Part shown: in pieces, positions 58,102 to 64,000 of the stretch
Position numbering within the stretch: the stretch's first letter is position 1
How the letters are laid out: the number at the start of each line of letters is the position of its first letter
Assembly (NCBI GenBank): GCA_902525635.1
Contig: CABZHV010000003.1
Coordinates: 9,538-73,537, forward strand
Source of the DNA: an uncultured SAR86 cluster bacterium
GTDB lineage: Bacteria; Pseudomonadota; Gammaproteobacteria; Magnimaribacterales; D2472
Length of the DNA stretch: 64,000 nt
Direction: 5' to 3'
Program-made: the position numbers and the translations under genes
The notes under the pieces: model-generated
Database searches by the model: none
What the model was told of the DNA's origin: nothing
The model's input: only the letters and a program-made list of their open reading frames with translations

Positions 58102-58581
58102 TTAATTCAATTCAATTTTTTGAATATCATTAAATTTATTAGTGTTATCTCTCTTTGATACTATAAAAAATGAGGGTTCAATATTAAGAGGTAAAGTGAT
58201 TTCTATGTTTGCAGATTTTACAGGGCCGCCCATGTACTCTCTGTCTTCAAAACCTATATGTGTATAATTTGCATAAAATGGATTACCAATACCAATGCTA
58301 TAGAGATATTTTTCATTTTTACCAAAAACTTTGATTGCATAAATATCACTATCATCAACAAATTTAAGTTTCGTTAAACTTCTTTTTTTTTGTTTACCTG
58401 TGTAAGTATTTTTTAAAACAAAATTTTCTTGAGAGCCATTAAAAACATATACGTTACCTGATTCATTGGGATTAACATGTAATTTGAAGATTTTTTTACT
58501 GTCTAAGTCATTACCAAAAACAAGACAAGTTGAAAAAAATAAGACAAAAAGACTTATGTGATATTTTTTTAATAGTTTCAT
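58102..58581 (-). CDS. secreted hypothetical protein
   Basis: Signal peptide MKLLKKYHISLFVLFFSTCLVFG. I chose the start at 58581 because it forms a TAATG stop/start overlap with the upstream gene. The track gives 58596. Confidence 0.55.
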   Translation of the reverse strand: MKLLKKYHISLFVLFFSTCLVFGNDLDSKKIFKLHVNPNESGNVYVFNGSQENFVLKNTYTGKQKKRSLTKLKFVDDSDIYAIKVFGKNEKYLYSIGIGNPFYANYTHIGFEDREYMGGPVKSANIEITLPLNIEPSFFIVSKRDNTNKFNDIQKIELN

Positions 58582-60623
58582 TACCATCTCTCCCAATTAA
58601 TACCCCAAGTTCCTCCCATGGGTCCAACCACATATCCATAATCGTATTGAGTTCTATCTGTTGGATTTCTTCCCCATTGCTCACTCTCATAGTCATACCA
58701 ATAGAAATCTGAATTGAATAACCCTTCATAAAAATCATCAAAGTCTGTTACATCATCGGGGGCGATGACGCTGCCGGTAAGATCATCGACACGCCATGTA
58801 TAAACTTGTACAGAGTTATCAGGTGGTCTATCGAATGCTACATTTGTTTGATTTTCCCTAGAAATATCTTCAACTCCATTAACGTACCATTTTAATTTTA
58901 ATTTTGAAGGGTCATAAGCGACATCAATATCAATTTCAAATGCTGTTCGGGTACTAGTGTTATCTGTTATAAAACCAACTGAATCTCCATCGACAAATCC
59001 CTGATTTTGAATTGATCCAATTGCAAATCCCTCTGCATTCACTTCACCATATTGATCTGTGTTAGTTTGCATTACAGTTAGAAACTTAGGTCTATAATTG
59101 TCAAATTCTCCATAATAATTTCCTTCAAATAAACCAACTTGATTGCATTGAGGATTTCTTCCAGTTCTATTTCCACTTGCATCATAGATATTGTAAAGAC
59201 AGTCACAGGTTGTTGGATCAACATCATCATAGAGCCCAACTGAACCATCAGACCAGTTATAGCAAACCTTAAAAGTACTTCCAGCTACATTAGTTAAATC
59301 ATTTATATGATGTTTCCATTTAACCAAAGATGGATCAGACTGGGTTGTAGTATTTACATTTCTATCAGCATATGCACTTACATCTCTATCATCATCAGAT
59401 ATATATTCGTCTCCCATTCCTCCATGTGCATGGCCAAGTTCGTGCATTAAGACGTAGTCTGTTCTTGTTCCAATGGGTTGTATGTTTGTATTTCCTAAAT
59501 TTACACCCCTACCACTGATAGTTGTAAGAACTGAAATAAGAGTATTATTTGCATACAAGTCATCAAATACTGAGGTATTAATATCGTTAGAACCAATACA
59601 ATAGACATCTTCATCCCAATCATAACAACCGGTTTCAATTGATGCTAATGATGTTCCATCAGGATTGACTGGTTCTGCAACAATGATGTCGAAATATCCT
59701 TGAAAAAAATCAGCAATCTCTGAATCATTTAAGCGGTTAATTGATCTTAAAAGCGCATCTCTAAAATTATCAAGATCGCTTTCTGAACTCCCTGACGAGT
59801 TTTCACTCAAAGAATCTGCAACAAATAAATAATCTGTTCTGCCAAGAGATGAATCACCACCTACAAGGTAATAAACATAATAGTCCTTATTAGTTGTTGA
59901 GCCTGAATCAAATCCATCACTTTTATCATCATCTTGTGCTACTGTTACTACTCTTTTGTTTGCAATTAACCAAGTTGAAAAAGTATCTGATGACGAGGCA
60001 CTTCCATCTGAGACAAAAAGCTCGACCTCAAAATATCCTGCAGTTCTTAAATTAGATAGATCAATTTGTAAATTGCCTAAACCGTCTCCTGTGGTTGTAA
60101 AAATTGCTGGTACCTCATTTTGATTTACCCTTGCTGAGAAAACAAAATTTTCATCTGAACTGTCTACGTCAGAAAAGTAAATTTCAAATATTGGATTACT
60201 CTCAAATATTAAATTATTTTTATCTAAATCTATTTTTGAAGCCATGGTAATTTGAGGGGCATCATTAACAGCAGAAATTTCAATATTTACAGTACTTGTT
60301 TGAGTAACATTTTTTTCAACTGCAGTTACGCTGTAAGTAAACTCATCTTGGCCAAAATAATTACTATTTGGCTGATATCTAATTGACGCATCAGCATTAA
60401 AAACCAAAACTCCATTCGTTGTCGAATTAACTAATGCATATTGAAGAGTAACTGCCTCGTTGGCAGTAGCAGATAATGATCCGCTATAAACTGTATCTTC
60501 ATCAATTGAAATTGAATTAGATGCTAGAGTTATTGCAAATGGTATCTGGGGGGCACCACCTCCACCGCCGCCACCACAAGACGAGATCAAAAATAAAATA
60601 AAAAATAGTTTTGAATATTTCAC
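58581..60623 (-). CDS. surface lipoprotein with cadherin/Ig-like repeat and M64-like zinc metallopeptidase domain
   Basis: Lipobox LISSC plus a poly-Gly linker. The VNDAPQI motif is typical of cadherin-like repeats. MHELGHAHGGMGDEY resembles the Peptidase_M64 HEFGHSFGGLADEY signature. GTG start. Confidence 0.65.
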   Translation of the reverse strand: MKYSKLFFILFLISSCGGGGGGGAPQIPFAITLASNSISIDEDTVYSGSLSATANEAVTLQYALVNSTTNGVLVFNADASIRYQPNSNYFGQDEFTYSVTAVEKNVTQTSTVNIEISAVNDAPQITMASKIDLDKNNLIFESNPIFEIYFSDVDSSDENFVFSARVNQNEVPAIFTTTGDGLGNLQIDLSNLRTAGYFEVELFVSDGSASSSDTFSTWLIANKRVVTVAQDDDKSDGFDSGSTTNKDYYVYYLVGGDSSLGRTDYLFVADSLSENSSGSSESDLDNFRDALLRSINRLNDSEIADFFQGYFDIIVAEPVNPDGTSLASIETGCYDWDEDVYCIGSNDINTSVFDDLYANNTLISVLTTISGRGVNLGNTNIQPIGTRTDYVLMHELGHAHGGMGDEYISDDDRDVSAYADRNVNTTTQSDPSLVKWKHHINDLTNVAGSTFKVCYNWSDGSVGLYDDVDPTTCDCLYNIYDASGNRTGRNPQCNQVGLFEGNYYGEFDNYRPKFLTVMQTNTDQYGEVNAEGFAIGSIQNQGFVDGDSVGFITDNTSTRTAFEIDIDVAYDPSKLKLKWYVNGVEDISRENQTNVAFDRPPDNSVQVYTWRVDDLTGSVIAPDDVTDFDDFYEGLFNSDFYWYDYESEQWGRNPTDRTQYDYGYVVGPMGGTWGINWERW

Positions 60624-60642
60624 GATTTAATTATATCTTAGA

Positions 60643-60670
60643 CAAAAAAAAAGAGGACTAAATGTCCTCT
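60643..60670 (-). terminator. intrinsic terminator after the TonB-dependent receptor gene
   Basis: AGAGGAC-attta-GTCCTCT followed by T9 on the minus strand. Confidence 0.8.
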
Positions 60671-60689
60671 CTTTTTCTATTTTTAATTT

Positions 60690-63600
60690 TTAGAAACTTA
60701 CTCTAAACCCAGCCTTGTAAATTGGTCCATGGTCTTGATATAAGAATGTCATTTCTTCATATCTTGAGTAAAGTTCAACTTCCTCATCTGTAATATTAAT
60801 CGCTTCAAAAAATACCTGTGTATTTTCAGAAACTATGTAAGTAGTTGTAAAGTCTACTTGTGCCCTTTCTACAACATATAAAGGATTATATTGATCACTT
60901 CCAGCATAAGTTTCACCTTTGTAATTATAAGAAATCCTTGTTCTCCATTTATCATCTTCATAAAAAACAGAGAAATTAGCCGCATCACCAAAGCCTGGTA
61001 AAGCAAATTGTTCGCCTAAGGCTGCAGGATCTGCATCAGTATCTCCGCCTACAAAAGTTGCATTAGCAAGAACACCAAAATTGTTATCAAAAAGATGTTG
61101 TATAGCAACCTCGACACCATCCAAGGTTCCATCATATTTATTAACTGGTTGTGCTAGGTTAAAAATGTAAAATGGATCATCAGAATTGCCTATAAATATT
61201 GCATTTCCAGTATTTGGATCAGGAATACAATCTGTAGATCCATTGCATCCAAATGTAAATCCAGTATTTACAAGCCATGCCCAATCGTATGCATTAGACC
61301 AACCACAAGCCCAATATCCTTGAGGTGCGGTCCATTGACAAAGAGCATCATCATTTTCTGGAACAATCAATTCACCTCTTGGACCTCTTGTGACATCTCT
61401 TACACCATTAAAGGGACCACTATTAAGACCAGCACCATGATAATCTTTAATTTCTTTTCTAAAATAATTTAAAGCAAAATAACTGCCTTCAGCATAATAG
61501 TATTCATATGCCATATCAAAATTGACTGATTCATATGGTTGAAGGTTTGGATTACCCGTGCCCAAGGTTAGCGGGTATCTTGGATCAAAAGCTCCAACAC
61601 TTACAGTAGAATCTAATTGCTCAAGGTCAGGTCTTGCAATAGTTTTACTTAATGATGTTCTTACAACGGTATCATCATTTACATCAACTGAAATATTTAT
61701 ATTTGGTAAAAAATAATCAGAATCGCCTATTCCTGTATAAACTGTAGGTTCAGTTATAACACCAACTTTATTTCCATAAACAAATGCACCGAGACTCCAT
61801 GCAGTATTTGTAGGAACTGTAGTGGTAGCTGTTGAAGCTCTTTCTTCATCTTCATACCTCAAACCAATCTGTGCTCTAACGGGCATGCCATTCATTTCAG
61901 TATCGAAATTGAAATTAACAAATATTGAATTTAGTTCTTCAGTTATAATTCCATTTGAATCTCTGCCACCAAAACAACCATCTACAACACCTCGTGTAGT
62001 AGTTCTATTGCCATCATATCCTACATTCGATCCCAAGCCATTTGGATTACCGTCTGCATCAACCGCATCGTTAGCAAGACATTCTGAAGGCCAAGTATAT
62101 GGTGTATTGCTGTTATTCCACCAACTTCCATCTCCTCCAGAAAAATCTCCAACAAAACCAGCAGCTCCAAACCAATATAAAGCATCTTCTTTAGAGATAT
62201 TTAAGTAATAAAATTGAGTTCCAGAGCCTAAATAATCAGGAACATTTACAGTTGTCCATACATCGTCAGGCATAAACGCATAAGTCATCATAATAGGATT
62301 ACCATCAGCAATTTTTCCGTTAATTAATTGATTAAACCATTTTTGATTGTTAAAGGTAGTATCCATCTGAGATACACCAAATTCAATAGATGATAGAGAT
62401 TCCATGAATATTCCATCGTTGTTATCCCATGTACCTATTAATTGCAATTGATTGAGATCACTTTCTCTGTCCTGGTAATTTAAAAAAGCTTGTCTTGGAC
62501 CCATATCACTTCCATCAAATTGAGTAACATCTATTGGCGTACCCTGAAAGCTCTTATCCATTGCCCAAGTCAATGCACCAACTTGATTGCTAAAATCAAA
62601 AGATCTTGCTCTTAAGTATCCTGACGCCTCTTGAACAGGCCAGTAACCCCAACCTTGCCAAGCACCATTAGAAAATTGAAGAATATTATTTTGTGTCCCA
62701 CCTGGCGTGCCTTTAAAGCCAGCAGATGAATCGTGGTAATCGAGTGTTAAATTCAAGTTATCGTTTAGTTGAAAATCAAAATTTATACCAATCGATTTAT
62801 TATTATTTGATGAATTACCATATTCAAAATCATTTTGAAAACTATCTCCATCTCCAGGAGCTTCAGATGTAGCACTGATAACTGCTCCTCTCTCGTTAAT
62901 TGTCATCTGAGTGGTATTATATCCAGCAAAATAAGAACCTGTTGTAATTCCAGTGAAATCAAAACTTGTGCTTGATACGGTGTAATCAAGAGTCATTACC
63001 AAGCCGTTTGACCATTCATATTGAAAAGCACTTTGTAGATTACCTCTTTCACTTTGGTTATCTTTAAACTTGTAAGCAAGTGCTTCTGGATAAAAATAGA
63101 CTCCATCAGCTCTTTGATTAGATGAGGTAATTACTGCACTAGATGGAACGTACCCTCTAACATCACTTGGGAGCCACGTAATTTCGTTTGTTCCCTCCTC
63201 TCTGTTGTTTCTTTCTTGATGAGATCCTGAAATTGAAAAACCCCAACTATTTCCATCTAACTCCCCATTTGTAATGAAGATGAAATCTAATTCAGGGGTA
63301 TAGTCGTCTCCAGTAATATTTTTTGTATGATTATTAAGCCTGAAGCTAACTGCACCACCCTTGTCTGCATTTAAAGGCTTTGCAGTTACCATATTGATTG
63401 TGGATCCCAATCCACCAGTTGGTAAAACAGCATTTGCTGATTTATAAACTTCAACAGCTGCAATACCATGACCAGAAATATCACCAAAATTAAAAGATCT
63501 TCCTCCACCATATTGAGGTGGAACTGTTGGCATTGTTCTGCCGTTAAGTGTAACCATATTAAACTCAGGACCTAAACCTCTCACAGAGACTTTTGTACCT

Positions 63601-63866
63601 TCATCATTTGATCTTTCTGTTGTAACACCCACTAGTCTAGAAAGAGCTTCAGCTAAGTTGCCATCAGGAAATTTTCCCAAGTCTTCTGAAGTAAGTGCGT
63701 CTACAACTCCAACATTGTTTCTTTTTATTTTAATGGCATCTTTTAGACTAGATTTTATTCCAGTAACCACTACTTCTTCTACTTCGTCTTCAGAGTTATC
63801 TTCTTGCGCATTGATAACAACCGAAAAAGACAACACAGCTATCAATGATAATAAGTACTTATTCAC
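60690..63866 (-). CDS. TonB-dependent outer-membrane receptor (large, 1058 aa)
   Basis: Signal peptide, TonB-box-like EEVVVTG, plug region (DALTSEDLGKFPDGNLAEALSRLVGV), C-terminal ...GFRVSF. Confidence 0.9.
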   Translation of the reverse strand: MNKYLLSLIAVLSFSVVINAQEDNSEDEVEEVVVTGIKSSLKDAIKIKRNNVGVVDALTSEDLGKFPDGNLAEALSRLVGVTTERSNDEGTKVSVRGLGPEFNMVTLNGRTMPTVPPQYGGGRSFNFGDISGHGIAAVEVYKSANAVLPTGGLGSTINMVTAKPLNADKGGAVSFRLNNHTKNITGDDYTPELDFIFITNGELDGNSWGFSISGSHQERNNREEGTNEITWLPSDVRGYVPSSAVITSSNQRADGVYFYPEALAYKFKDNQSERGNLQSAFQYEWSNGLVMTLDYTVSSTSFDFTGITTGSYFAGYNTTQMTINERGAVISATSEAPGDGDSFQNDFEYGNSSNNNKSIGINFDFQLNDNLNLTLDYHDSSAGFKGTPGGTQNNILQFSNGAWQGWGYWPVQEASGYLRARSFDFSNQVGALTWAMDKSFQGTPIDVTQFDGSDMGPRQAFLNYQDRESDLNQLQLIGTWDNNDGIFMESLSSIEFGVSQMDTTFNNQKWFNQLINGKIADGNPIMMTYAFMPDDVWTTVNVPDYLGSGTQFYYLNISKEDALYWFGAAGFVGDFSGGDGSWWNNSNTPYTWPSECLANDAVDADGNPNGLGSNVGYDGNRTTTRGVVDGCFGGRDSNGIITEELNSIFVNFNFDTEMNGMPVRAQIGLRYEDEERASTATTTVPTNTAWSLGAFVYGNKVGVITEPTVYTGIGDSDYFLPNINISVDVNDDTVVRTSLSKTIARPDLEQLDSTVSVGAFDPRYPLTLGTGNPNLQPYESVNFDMAYEYYYAEGSYFALNYFRKEIKDYHGAGLNSGPFNGVRDVTRGPRGELIVPENDDALCQWTAPQGYWACGWSNAYDWAWLVNTGFTFGCNGSTDCIPDPNTGNAIFIGNSDDPFYIFNLAQPVNKYDGTLDGVEVAIQHLFDNNFGVLANATFVGGDTDADPAALGEQFALPGFGDAANFSVFYEDDKWRTRISYNYKGETYAGSDQYNPLYVVERAQVDFTTTYIVSENTQVFFEAINITDEEVELYSRYEEMTFLYQDHGPIYKAGFRVSF

Positions 63867-63922
63867 GATTACCCCCTAGGTATTTGTAATATATGTGTAA
63901 TTTGTTAATTCATTAGACTTTT

Positions 63923-63940
63923 TTGACATATTAATGTCAA
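63923..63940. promoter_or_regulatory. perfect 18-bp palindrome (candidate operator) overlapping a -35-like hexamer upstream of the TBDR gene
   Basis: TTGACAT-ATTA-ATGTCAA lies about 57-74 nt upstream of the receptor start codon. TTGACA reads on both strands. Confidence 0.4.
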
Positions 63941-64000
63941 GATAAAAGGTATATATATTGTTTATATTGTCGGCTAATAATTATATTAAAAACTTATTTA

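Overview
AT-rich, gene-dense, streamlined chromosome segment with Gammaproteobacteria-type synteny (ftsK-lolA-serS, trxB, glnK-amtB, an 11-gene gsp operon). A marine SAR86-like lineage is my guess only. No mobile elements, CRISPR arrays or rRNA were seen. Blocks in order: (1) serS'-crcB-lolA-ftsK and trxB; (2) a sigma54-promoted porin-glnK-amtB operon; (3) lipid and small-molecule genes; (4) a phosphate cluster, phytase-TetR-porin-PiT divergent from PPK2-PPX-MIP; (5) a complete T2SS operon gspCDEFGHIJKLM directly downstream of a PhoR/PhoB-like two-component system; (6) two acyl-CoA synthetases, ggt and a prepilin peptidase; (7) tRNA-Gly(UCC), a photolyase-related protein and a CinA-like/NadD-like fusion; (8) a pyk-SGLT-GH3-glk beta-glucoside operon; (9) DUF1330, malate synthase G and a flavin monooxygenase; (10) an accessory-looking locus with a TonB-dependent receptor, an M64-like lipoprotein, an esterase and paralogous secreted proteins of unknown function. 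Items most worth follow-up: two tandem ~220-nt promoter-plus-terminator units (putative unclassified sRNAs) upstream of pyk; the secreted paralog family; and 11-bp-periodic Pho-box-like heptamer arrays upstream of gspC and in the PiT/PPK2 divergent region. All functional calls come from reading motifs in the supplied translations. No database search was run.
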